This document shows, piece after piece, positions 18,404-26,145 of a stretch of DNA of 64,000 bases. Below the pieces are notes generated by a model. The model was given only the letters and a program-made list of their open reading frames with translations, did no database searches and was not told the DNA's origin. This DNA comes from a virus: positions 22,921 through 86,920 of IMG/VR virus record IMGVR_UViG_3300045007_000250. One strand, written 5' to 3'. The position numbers were made by a program, and so were the translations under genes. Each line of letters begins with the position of its first letter. The first letter of the stretch is position 1.

Positions 18404-18739
18404 TCAGGCGGCTTTGTTCTCAACTCGCCGGTCAATCACGTCCGTTAGCATGTCGCAGTACACGGTATCCACCGTTTCCACCGTCGTCCACTTACCCCGG
18501 CGGATGCAGCCAAACTCCACGGTATAATCGTCGGAGCAGGTGAGCCATACGATGACCCATCCGGTGAAGTGGCGACCGGAGACGTAGAATTTCAAACCGC
18601 CTTCCATGAAGCTGCCAAAGCGGTGCGTCTTTGGCATGGCGATCAGCTTGCGCATTCCCCAAGAGCCGGGCACGAATGGGCCGTGCGCAGCAAAGATTTG
18701 GGCGCGGATGATGCTGGCGATTTCCATGTGGCGTTGCAT
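18404..18739 (-). CDS. Conserved-type phage hypothetical protein
   Basis: GGLKFYVSG..FTGWVIVWL..DDYTVEF..VYCDML; AAGGA RBS. Confidence 0.75.
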   Translation of the reverse strand: MQRHMEIASIIRAQIFAAHGPFVPGSWGMRKLIAMPKTHRFGSFMEGGLKFYVSGRHFTGWVIVWLTCSDDYTVEFGCIRRGKWTTVETVDTVYCDMLTDVIDRRVENKAA

Positions 18740-18741
18740 TG

Positions 18742-18900
18742 TCAGTTCCTTTCCGTATCAAAGAGCGACTCGATTTCCCGAAGTTCGTTTTCCATGTCGG
18801 CAATCTCTTCCGGGGTGGCGGTAGCGCGTGCGGCTTCAAGTTCTGCCCGCAAGCCTTCGAGCATCTTCCCCGCCGCTTCAATCATTTCTCGGTGTGTCAT
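18742..18900 (-). CDS. 52-aa acidic helical protein (not in ORF track)
   Basis: MTHREMIEAAGKMLEGLRAELEAARATATPEEIADMENELREIESLFDTERN; GAAAGGA RBS after a promoter. Confidence 0.7.
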   Translation of the reverse strand: MTHREMIEAAGKMLEGLRAELEAARATATPEEIADMENELREIESLFDTERN

Positions 18901-18930
18901 GGTCCGTGTCCTTTCTCAGTGTCTAGGGGT

Positions 18931-18959
18931 ATTCTGACACGCCTTTTTCGGCTTGTCAA
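18931..18959 (-). promoter_or_regulatory. sigma70-type promoter, GGCGTGT class
   Basis: Minus strand TTGACA-AGCCGAAAAAGGCGTGT-CAGAAT. Confidence 0.8.
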
Positions 18960-18961
18960 GG

Positions 18962-19070
18962 AAAAAGTGCAAGCGATTGCATTTTTTCCTGGCCTCAAAA
19001 TGCGGGGCACCCGGCTTTGCGACCGGGTGCCTTTTGGTGGGCTTTGTTGGAGGGGCCAAGTGGCAGTGTG
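18962..19070 (-). ncRNA. Candidate small RNA
   Basis: Promoter at 19104-19076 with no downstream RBS or ORF; GC hairpin at 19006-19031; second hairpin plus U-tract ending near 18962. Confidence 0.4.
18968..18981. promoter_or_regulatory. Palindrome TGCAAGCGATTGCA, copy 2
   Basis: Ends 8 nt upstream of the minus-strand -35 box, the same spacing as copy 1. Confidence 0.65.
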
Positions 19071-19075
19071 GATGC

Positions 19076-19104
19076 TTTATAACACGACTTTTTTGGCTTG
19101 TCAA
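19076..19104 (-). promoter_or_regulatory. sigma70-type promoter, GGCGTGT-class variant
   Basis: Minus strand TTGACA-AGCCAAAAAAGTCGTGT-TATAAA. Confidence 0.75.
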
Positions 19105-19157
19105 GAGAAAAGTGGGGTGAGAAACCTTTTTTGGCCCTTCCCGCGACTTCTTTTTTC

Positions 19158-19186
19158 TTGACACGTCGGGAATGGCGTGTTAGGTT
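19158..19186 (+). promoter_or_regulatory. sigma70-type promoter, GGCGTGT class
   Basis: TTGACA-17 nt (..TGGCGTGT)-TAGGTT. Confidence 0.75.
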
Positions 19187-19214
19187 TGGAGCAGGGACAC
19201 GAAGGGGGACTTGA

Positions 19215-19346
19215 ATGCAATGCTCAATCTGCGGTGGTGAGTTGGTGGAGATGGGGGTGCTTGGCCGTTTGGTTCACCTTTGCTGCCGGAATTGCGGCCT
19301 GTGGTTCACTAAACGGAAGCGTCTCAAGCGCAAGGCGTCAAAGTAA
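19215..19346 (+). CDS. 43-aa zinc-ribbon protein (not in ORF track)
   Basis: MQCSICGGEL...CCRNCGLWF plus basic tail; GAAGGGGG RBS; TAATG coupling to the next gene. Confidence 0.7.
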   Translation: MQCSICGGELVEMGVLGRLVHLCCRNCGLWFTKRKRLKRKASK

Positions 19347-19555
19347 TGTCTTTGACAAAAGAGGAAGAGGCGTTGGCGGAGCTTGCCTTTGGGCGCATTC
19401 TTCGCATGGCTTTCCGCCCCGCGCAAGCGGGGGACGTGGAGGAATACTACCGGTGCCGGGGGATCATGCTCGATCTTCTTGAGCCGGTATTTTCTTTTCA
19501 GGATACGCGCCCCAACTACGCCCGTGACCGTCTAAAAGGTGCGGCGGGGGGCTGA
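19346..19555 (+). CDS. Hypothetical protein
   Basis: 69-aa ORF coupled to the upstream gene. Confidence 0.65.
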   Translation: MSLTKEEEALAELAFGRILRMAFRPAQAGDVEEYYRCRGIMLDLLEPVFSFQDTRPNYARDRLKGAAGG

Positions 19556-19556
19556 C

Positions 19557-19913
19557 ATGGTAAACGACAAGGATTTTGTTCTCATTGCCGGTGATCCTTC
19601 CAAGTGGGACGCTGAAATACGCTCCCTTGCCGGGAATGTGTCTTTGTCCGCGTTGCAGAGTGCGCAGTTCATGGACGGGAGGCGCGGTGCGATTCTTCAA
19701 CCGGTGCATGGTGGCAGAGAGTGGGTAGTCACGCATGACAGTTCCCTTTCTGGTTTTGTGGCGATCAACGGCATGAAACCGGTGGTGGACAAGCTGGTGG
19801 CGATCCGTGTGGGAATCGCGTGGGCGGAGAGGGCTCCGTTGAAGCGGGAGTTCTATGCTCGCCGGGTAGATGTGACACCGGAAGAGGTTGAAGCGGCGAG
19901 GAGGGCTGGATGA
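19557..19913 (+). CDS. Hypothetical protein
   Basis: ATG 1 nt after the upstream stop; G-rich RBS. Confidence 0.6.
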   Translation: MVNDKDFVLIAGDPSKWDAEIRSLAGNVSLSALQSAQFMDGRRGAILQPVHGGREWVVTHDSSLSGFVAINGMKPVVDKLVAIRVGIAWAERAPLKREFYARRVDVTPEEVEAARRAG

Positions 19914-19993
19914 TGGTGTGGAGACCTGAGACAGAACGCGGTGCTTGGGTCGTGCGGTGCTCTCAAAGACCGGGAAGAAAAATAATCTTTCAG

Positions 19994-20022
19994 TTGACAA
20001 CGCTTTTTGGGTGTGTCAGAGT
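19994..20022 (+). promoter_or_regulatory. sigma70-type promoter, GGCGTGT-class variant
   Basis: TTGACA-17 nt (..GGTGTGT)-CAGAGT. Confidence 0.6.
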
Positions 20023-20030
20023 ATCCGGTA

Positions 20031-20291
20031 ATGAGTGAGGTTGCGCCAGCTATCTTGAGGGAACCGGAGAAGTTGGTGGGCGTACCGAGTGAGAAAAAGC
20101 CTTTCTATGTTCGCTGTCCGCAGTGTCAGGTGCCTATCAGAATCTTAGATCGAGAGCGGAACGCAAAGCGCACGCTTTGTACGTCCTGCTTCTCGGTTTT
20201 TGATCCTGAGACACAGCGGGTGTTGGTGAAACGCAATCTTCGCAACACCGATCCAATTGATCTTGACGACTTGGATGAGGTCAAACTATGA
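20031..20291 (+). CDS. Zinc-finger protein
   Basis: CPQC-x16-CTSC. Confidence 0.65.
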   Translation: MSEVAPAILREPEKLVGVPSEKKPFYVRCPQCQVPIRILDRERNAKRTLCTSCFSVFDPETQRVLVKRNLRNTDPIDLDDLDEVKL

Positions 20292-20761
20292 AACGATTTG
20301 TACTGGCGCTTTTTCTCTTCACCTTGGCTGTGTTCGTTCCCTTGGCGATCTCTGCCGCGCCCTCTCCGTTGCCGGTCATTGAGGGGGGCCGGGCGACGTA
20401 CTATGCGGAGCCTTTTCATGGAAGACGGACAGCTTCGGGTGAAATCTACGACATGAACGCCATCACCGCGGCTCATCCGCGGTGGCCGTTTCACTCTTTG
20501 GTGCGTGTGACAAACAAAGATAATGGCAAGTCGGTGGATGTGCGTATCAATGATCGTGGTCCCTTCACCTGTGGCCGACGTGGGGGTGCGCGGTGCGTGC
20601 AGTGGGTCAGGCGTGATGATCGCCACATTGATCTCTCTCGTGCCGCCTTCTTCGCGATCTGTCAAAACTGCGGCAACCCCATGACCGTGCGCCTTGAAGT
20701 GCTCCGGTGGGGTGCCGTTCCGCGAGGAAGTCGTGCCTGTGTTGTGGAAGCGGCTCCATGA
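20288..20761 (+). CDS. rlpA: RlpA-like lytic transglycosylase (DPBB) with signal peptide
   Basis: [50 protein letters not shown]; hydrophobic N-terminus. Confidence 0.9.
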   Translation: MKRFVLALFLFTLAVFVPLAISAAPSPLPVIEGGRATYYAEPFHGRRTASGEIYDMNAITAAHPRWPFHSLVRVTNKDNGKSVDVRINDRGPFTCGRRGGARCVQWVRRDDRHIDLSRAAFFAICQNCGNPMTVRLEVLRWGAVPRGSRACVVEAAP

Positions 20762-21199
20762 GTGGGCGGTGTGGCGGTGCATCCGGCGCTCCCAAAAAGA
20801 ACGATCCCGCTTGAAGCCGTTGGCGGGAGTGTTGAGAAGGAAGTTCTACCTCTTGACCGTGCGGAGAGTAGCGTAGCGGGTGTGCAATTCGTCAAATCTA
20901 TTCAGGTGATTGGCTTTGAAGGGCGGAGACCAAGAGAGAAGATGCGGCTCTCCCTTACCTGCCAGCACATACCGGATGTATTTACGGTGTTGGTACCCTT
21001 GGTTCCGCTGGTGCAGGCGTTGGACTTGTTCTCTGGTGACTTTGAAGATTTGGATTTTGATTTTCACCTGAAAAAGAAGAAGCTCCACCTGCTTTGCCCC
21101 TTTCTACTTTTGGTGGACGTGTTGGAGCGGGATGGAGCCTTGCTGCGTTACGAGAGGTCTTTAGTGAAGGATGGTCCAACCCCTCCAAGAGCAGAGTAG
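20762..21199 (+). CDS. Hypothetical protein
   Basis: Fills the gap after rlpA; start uncertain. Confidence 0.45.
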   Translation: MGGVAVHPALPKRTIPLEAVGGSVEKEVLPLDRAESSVAGVQFVKSIQVIGFEGRRPREKMRLSLTCQHIPDVFTVLVPLVPLVQALDLFSGDFEDLDFDFHLKKKKLHLLCPFLLLVDVLERDGALLRYERSLVKDGPTPPRAE

Positions 21200-21559
21200 A
21201 ACGTGTCCGAGCGGATTTACCAGCACGTCACCGAGCATCATGGACGTGTGGTGGATTCCTTTTTCTTCTAGGAAAGCGTTGGCTTCGCCATCGGGGGACC
21301 AATTCTCTCCCTGCATAGCGAGAAACACCCCGTCGATTCCGTTTCCATCGGGGAAGCCAACGGTGCCTAAGAGGGTGTGTGTTTTCTCCAAGCGTTTCGG
21401 GTCGATAGGAACGGGATCAGGAAGCCAGTCCTTTCCGTCATCCGCAATCTTGCGCAGGGACTTTTCTTGCGCCAGATTTGGAATGAAACCCCTTTTCAAG
21501 TACCATACTTGGACTTTTCCGGGTATGAGGCCGAAATCTTGCAAGGTTGTTCTTTTCAT
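21161..21559 (-). CDS. YodL-like hypothetical protein
   Basis: MQGENWSP..HTSMMLGDV motif. Confidence 0.6.
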   Translation of the reverse strand: MKRTTLQDFGLIPGKVQVWYLKRGFIPNLAQEKSLRKIADDGKDWLPDPVPIDPKRLEKTHTLLGTVGFPDGNGIDGVFLAMQGENWSPDGEANAFLEEKGIHHTSMMLGDVLVNPLGHVLLCSWRGWTILH

Positions 21560-21972
21560 AGTGCCACCATTGAGCGGGATTCCGCCGGAAGTTCGTGGTC
21601 AAGCAGGGGGCGTCCGTTTTCCGCGTGGAAACGGCGTCCGTCCATGTAACGCGGGAACGTGCGCACGATGCTCTTTTCGTTGATTCTCAGGACACGCATG
21701 ATCGGATCGTGCCCATACTTGGCTTTGAAGGCGTCCGCGAAGCACGCCGCGTCGCTATCTTCTTCCAGATAGACGAAGTACCCGGTGTGGGGCGTCTGGA
21801 AAGAGTAGGACGTGATCTCGGTGGCGATTCCGAGTTGTTCTAAGAAGCGCCGGGCCACCTTGAGGTAGCCATGTCCCGGATCGGAGATGAAATTGAAGGG
21901 GCGGTTCGGATTCAGTTCCGCGGTGCTTTCCGTCCGGGGATGCCAGCAGGTTTTGTGGGTTCTGGTACGCAT
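21556..21972 (-). CDS. Conserved-type phage hypothetical protein (DPGHG...LEED.D family)
   Basis: FISDPGHGYLKV and YLEEDSDA motifs; first gene after cassette copy B. Confidence 0.75.
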   Translation of the reverse strand: MRTRTHKTCWHPRTESTAELNPNRPFNFISDPGHGYLKVARRFLEQLGIATEITSYSFQTPHTGYFVYLEEDSDAACFADAFKAKYGHDPIMRVLRINEKSIVRTFPRYMDGRRFHAENGRPLLDHELPAESRSMVAL

Positions 21973-22039
21973 CGCCTTGCCCTTTCGTGGTCCGTGTCAT
22001 CATGGGCACACTCTAACACGGCTTTTCCGGCTTGTCAAG
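21964..22039 (-). repeat. Promoter-leader cassette, copy B (includes promoter TTGACA-17-TAGAGT at 22038-22010)
   Basis: 24-nt identity TGTGCCCATGATGACACGGACCAC with 6724-6747, plus shared RBS and start context. Confidence 0.85.
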
Positions 22040-22279
22040 GAAAAAAGGCGTACAAGCGTGGAAAGTGGGGTGTCCCGGTGATTCGGTGGACGAAAGTTCA
22101 AGACCCCGGTGCTTGAGTGTGACCCCGCCTTTTTGCCGAGCGCGCCCAATTGCGGAGAGCCGGTCTTGAGTTCCTTGAGCGGGTGAAGAGTGCTCCGAGA
22201 CCCGGCACCTAAGAAACCGGTGGGGTTGTCTTTGCGTTTGGTGCCGGTACATGGCCCCCGTCCCTTTTGATTTTCTCGC

Positions 22280-22308
22280 TTGCCTTTTTTACAGATTGCC
22301 GGTATCCT
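22280..22308 (+). promoter_or_regulatory. Putative promoter lacking the GGCGTGT box
   Basis: TTGCCT-17-TATCCT. Confidence 0.5.
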
Positions 22309-22340
22309 TGTCGTAGCGATTTCTCGAAAGGAGAGGGCCG

Positions 22341-22547
22341 ATGGCAGTTCTCAAAGTGTTCCACACGGACAAGATTGACGGAACTTCCATTCAGGAGACG
22401 GCGCTTGCGGCGGACGATTTCGTGAAGTATTTGGCCGCGCAGCAGGCGGTGGACCCGGCGCAGATGGACACGGCGATGAGTGACAACGGTTTCACCATCA
22501 CGATCATGTCCGGTCTGAGCGACAGTGACTTTGGTGGGCCGCAGTAA
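22341..22547 (+). CDS. Small protein, paralog 1
   Basis: AGGAGAGG RBS; K.FHTDKID..DNGF..M.GLS shared with the next gene. Confidence 0.75.
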   Translation: MAVLKVFHTDKIDGTSIQETALAADDFVKYLAAQQAVDPAQMDTAMSDNGFTITIMSGLSDSDFGGPQ

Positions 22548-22562
22548 GGACGGGGGTGAAGC

Positions 22563-22763
22563 ATGGCCGGAATCAAAGCCTTTCACACGGACAAGATTGA
22601 CGATGCTTCAATCAAGGCGGTTGAGGCGGATGCCAGTCTCTACGTGGACTCCCTGCGTCCTGACACGGTGGTACAGGTGCGCACGACCAAGTGTGACAAC
22701 GGTTTCGTGATCGTTGTCATGGACGGTTTGAGTCGGTTCGGGGTGATTCTGCCGCCCAACTAA
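22563..22763 (+). CDS. Small protein, paralog 2
   Basis: Tandem duplicate of 22341-22547. Confidence 0.75.
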   Translation: MAGIKAFHTDKIDDASIKAVEADASLYVDSLRPDTVVQVRTTKCDNGFVIVVMDGLSRFGVILPPN

Positions 22764-22777
22764 GCGGTGGGTGACGC

Positions 22778-22957
22778 ATGAAGGACAAACGCGGAGGCGT
22801 GAGCTTTCAGGATCGCGGTACGCCCGGCTCTCCGGTGAGGGTGGCGGGCCGTCCGGCGAAGACGACGGATTTGACTCCGGGGAACAAAACCAAGGGTCTG
22901 AGGGTCCGTCTGATTGAGGACAAACCGCTGAAATTCGATCCTCAAGGCGTGCGCTGA
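22778..22957 (+). CDS. 59-aa basic hypothetical protein (not in ORF track)
   Basis: MKDKRGGVSFQDRG...; lies between paralog 2 and a terminator. Confidence 0.5.
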   Translation: MKDKRGGVSFQDRGTPGSPVRVAGRPAKTTDLTPGNKTKGLRVRLIEDKPLKFDPQGVR

Positions 22958-22979
22958 GACAGTAGCTTTTCTTGGGATG

Positions 22980-23020
22980 TGCGCTAGGACTGCCCGGTGG
23001 TCTTGGCGCATTTCTTTTCT
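22980..23020 (+). terminator. Rho-independent terminator
   Basis: TGCGCTAGGAC..GTCTTGGCGCA followed by TTTCTTTT. Confidence 0.7.
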
Positions 23021-23021
23021 C

Positions 23022-23050
23022 TTGCCATTCCCTGTGCCTTCCTTTAGAAT
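23022..23050 (+). promoter_or_regulatory. Putative promoter lacking the GGCGTGT box
   Basis: TTGCCA-17-TAGAAT. Confidence 0.7.
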
Positions 23051-23094
23051 ACTTGGCGGAGTGGGCGAAGCCCCAAACACAAAGGAGTGTGCAA

Positions 23095-23436
23095 ATGGCC
23101 TTGGTGCAGTATTTCACGGTGAACCGCCAAGATCAGCGGGCGCTTGAAGACCTACAAGATCAGGTCAACACGTTTCTCGCAACTCTGGCGGGTGGTACTC
23201 CCGTTGAGACATCCCTGAAATTCAGTCGCTACGAAATCGTGGCTGAGATCATTTACGGGGATGGCGTCGGCGGGCAGGTGATCGGGGACGATGGGTTTGG
23301 CAACGTCATTCTGTGGTTCTCGTCGGACCACAAGAACTGGCTGCGTTTCAACGTGGCGGAAAACCGCTTCGAGTTCGCTTTGAACGACGTGGTGGTGGGG
23401 ATCGTTGACGAAAACGGCCCCGGCCAACCGTCGTAA
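23095..23436 (+). CDS. Hypothetical, probably virion-associated protein
   Basis: AAGGAG RBS before ATG 23095. Confidence 0.7.
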   Translation: MALVQYFTVNRQDQRALEDLQDQVNTFLATLAGGTPVETSLKFSRYEIVAEIIYGDGVGGQVIGDDGFGNVILWFSSDHKNWLRFNVAENRFEFALNDVVVGIVDENGPGQPS

Positions 23437-23447
23437 GGGGGACGACA

Positions 23448-25730
23448 ATGCCTTACATTTGCAGCATCACGAAGAACGGAATTGCGGTTCACGAAGAGGG
23501 CGTGGATCATCACCAGCAGTACGTTTTCTACGTGGACTACGATGACGTGACCAACCGGGTGACGTTGGAAATCCGCGACATTGCGGGCAACGTCGTCCTG
23601 TCCGTCGTGGAGACCGCGGGCGATCCCACCATGACCGGCAAGCTGGTGGACATGCTCATGGCGTCCATCGCCGCTCTGGACTGGCAGGAGAGTGTGCTTG
23701 ATCGTCTCGCCGCTCCCCCGATGGGTCCGGCGGACGGGGCGCGTTATCTTGCCACGGCCACTGCCGGTGGGTGGACCGTGGATCACATCTACGAGTGGGA
23801 CGCCGGTGCGACCGCTTGGGTGGATACGACTCCCAACGAAGGCATGTGCGTGTTTGTGGAATCGGAAAACACCTTCTACCGCTACGCCGGTGCGGTGTGG
23901 GTGACGTTCTTCAACATCACCGACCTCAAGGCTTCGTCCGTGGGTCTCACGGCTTCCGCCGATCCTGAAATCCTCTCGAAGACCGGCAGTGTTTCTCCGG
24001 TGTCCGTGTCGGTTCAGGACATGCTGAATGACCTGATCGTGGTGGCGGGAAGTTTTCAATACACGGCGCTTGATCTACTCGCTGCTCCGCCGGTGCCTGC
24101 TCTGGATGGCGATACCTACGCGGTGGACGTGGGTGCTATCGGCCCGTGGGCGGGACAGGACGGCAATCTGGCGGTGGCCGTTTTCAGCATGGGCGCGTTC
24201 GATCATTGGGACTTCATCATCTTCTCTGGCGGGGAGATGGTGGTGGTGGGTGCCGTTTCCTCCTACGTCATTGTCAGTGATGGGGCGGCGGGCTGGTATC
24301 AATTCCACGCCATGATTGCCACTCCCGTTCCGGGGACGGCGGATGAGCAGGAGACCTTGGCGCAGAAGGTCGGCGCTCCGGCGAATCTCGGCGCGGCGAC
24401 TTTGGCCCTGATCCAATACCTGAACAACATCCAGAGTTTCACGGTTTTGGATTGGACGGATACTCCGCCGATGGCTCCGGGTGATGGCGATACCTACGCC
24501 GTGGCCGCGGGTGCGATTGGTGCCTGGGTTGGGCAAGACGGCACGTTTGCCCGGTGGGATGCGGGTGGCCCGGCGTGGGTCTTCTTCAACGGGGAGCCGG
24601 GTGACATCGTGTATGTCAACGTGGGTACTCCGTACCTGATTCAGTACACCGGCGGGGCGGATTTCGTGAACTTCGGTGCCGTTCTCCTGGCGGCGGGCAT
24701 CCCGCTGGTGGATGCCGACAACTACTTCACCACGGACAACGTGGAAGCGGCGTTGCAACAGGTCGGGGAGACGTTGGCGAACATCGCGGCGCTTGGCACC
24801 GAGATCATGTCGGTGATTCTGATTGCCAATGACGATCCGGTTCCGGCCAATGATGGAGACACCTACGCTGTTGGTCCTGCCGGTATCGACGGCTGGCTTG
24901 GGCATGACAACGAGATCGCTGTGGCGGTCTTTTCTATGGGCGCGTTCGATCATTGGGACTTCATCACGATGGACGACGGCCACATGGTCTATCGTGAGGA
25001 CTACGCGCAAATCTACATCAAGGACTACACCACGCACGCCTACATCCCGGCGTCCGAGTTCTTTGTGCCGGTGGACGCGATCTACTGGCAGTATGACGCG
25101 GACGGTGTTCTTCGGTGGCAGACGGGCATGGCGGAGCAGGTGCGCAATCAGGGTCACATCGGGAAAGCGATCTGGACGCCCGTTAACAACCCATCGAACG
25201 GCGACACCGTGACCATCGGTGCGGACACCTATGAGTTTGACGACGGCGGTGGTGTCGGTCCCGGCAACATTCAAGTGCTGATTGGCGTTGCTCTGACGAA
25301 CACGCTGGACAACCTCGTTACTGCGATTGATGTCAACGGTACGCAGAATGTCGTCGGTGCCAATACCGGCGGAACGGCGCTGACCTTGGAGACCGCGATT
25401 TCGCCTGGCGGCGCGGTTCTTTGCGGTGTGCTTCCCGCCGTGTCCGGGTCTGTCCCCGCAGATGTGTGGGTGGTGTATGCCACCGGCAAGGTTGTGGGTG
25501 GGCGGCATACGATTGGGGAAGTGGGGTTGACCACGGCGAACATCGCTGCGGCTTTCGACATCGACTTGGACTTCACTCCGACGTGGTGCAAATTCAGTGT
25601 GTACGACGCTTCCGGTGTGCCGGTGGCGCTTGACAGTGCGAGCATGGTGGTGGGCGCGTCCAAGGTGACGTTCGATCCCGACAACGACTGCGCTGACACC
25701 AATGTTCTGGTGTTTGAAGCGGGCAACTAG
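23448..25730 (+). CDS. Putative virion protein with four DUF2793-like repeats
   Basis: Repeats of PP..P.DGD.Y.V..GA.G.W.GQDG..A; acidic and Lys-poor. Confidence 0.75.
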   Translation: MPYICSITKNGIAVHEEGVDHHQQYVFYVDYDDVTNRVTLEIRDIAGNVVLSVVETAGDPTMTGKLVDMLMASIAALDWQESVLDRLAAPPMGPADGARYLATATAGGWTVDHIYEWDAGATAWVDTTPNEGMCVFVESENTFYRYAGAVWVTFFNITDLKASSVGLTASADPEILSKTGSVSPVSVSVQDMLNDLIVVAGSFQYTALDLLAAPPVPALDGDTYAVDVGAIGPWAGQDGNLAVAVFSMGAFDHWDFIIFSGGEMVVVGAVSSYVIVSDGAAGWYQFHAMIATPVPGTADEQETLAQKVGAPANLGAATLALIQYLNNIQSFTVLDWTDTPPMAPGDGDTYAVAAGAIGAWVGQDGTFARWDAGGPAWVFFNGEPGDIVYVNVGTPYLIQYTGGADFVNFGAVLLAAGIPLVDADNYFTTDNVEAALQQVGETLANIAALGTEIMSVILIANDDPVPANDGDTYAVGPAGIDGWLGHDNEIAVAVFSMGAFDHWDFITMDDGHMVYREDYAQIYIKDYTTHAYIPASEFFVPVDAIYWQYDADGVLRWQTGMAEQVRNQGHIGKAIWTPVNNPSNGDTVTIGADTYEFDDGGGVGPGNIQVLIGVALTNTLDNLVTAIDVNGTQNVVGANTGGTALTLETAISPGGAVLCGVLPAVSGSVPADVWVVYATGKVVGGRHTIGEVGLTTANIAAAFDIDLDFTPTWCKFSVYDASGVPVALDSASMVVGASKVTFDPDNDCADTNVLVFEAGN
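24170..24968 (+). repeat. Intragenic direct repeat ATGGGCGCGTTCGATCATTGGGACTTCATCA (at ~24189 and ~24936)
   Basis: Both copies encode AVAVFSMGAFDHWDFI. Confidence 0.85.
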
Positions 25731-25765
25731 GCGGGCGGCTTCCTTCTCTGCCATCGTGAACCCCT

Positions 25766-25797
25766 AAAGGGCCGGGTTGGTGCTCGGCCCCCCTTTT
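25766..25797 (+). terminator. Rho-independent terminator
   Basis: GGGCCGGG-TTGGTG-CTCGGCCC then CCCTTTT. Confidence 0.6.
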
Positions 25798-25801
25798 ATG
25801 C

Positions 25802-25830
25802 TTGACACGCCATCTTTGACCTGATAGAGT
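25802..25830 (+). promoter_or_regulatory. Putative lysis-cassette promoter lacking the GGCGTGT box
   Basis: TTGACA-17-TAGAGT. Confidence 0.65.
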
Positions 25831-25862
25831 TGAAAATGGTTGACAACTCTTAGGGGATCAAT

Positions 25863-26138
25863 ATGGCGGAACAGAACGGGAAACTCGGTGGCCGGAAATT
25901 TTGGGCGTTGAAGTTCGTTCTTGTGCTCGCCTTTCTCTCCTTCATCCTCTCCCTTGTGACCATCATTGTGAAGCCGACTATTGCGCAGCAGGTGGTGGAC
26001 CTTGCGGGCAGCTTGGGAACCACTCTGCTTGTGGTGGGCGGCGGTTACATCGGTGCGCAGGGGGTGGTGGATTATCGTAGCGTGCAAGCGAATGCACAAC
26101 CGGCGGCGGTGGCACCGGTGCCTCCGCCTGCTCAATGA
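25863..26138 (+). CDS. Putative holin
   Basis: GRKF followed by two hydrophobic segments; directly upstream of the endolysin. Confidence 0.7.
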   Translation: MAEQNGKLGGRKFWALKFVLVLAFLSFILSLVTIIVKPTIAQQVVDLAGSLGTTLLVVGGGYIGAQGVVDYRSVQANAQPAAVAPVPPPAQ

Positions 26139-26145
26139 GGTACCT

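Noticed and set aside
22060-22135. Hammerhead ribozyme (GAAA-containing stems)
   Set aside because: The required CUGAnGA core is absent on both strands as read.
24170-24968. Diversity-generating retroelement TR/VR pair
   Set aside because: No reverse transcriptase in the window; differences are not adenine-specific and both copies are in-frame domain repeats.
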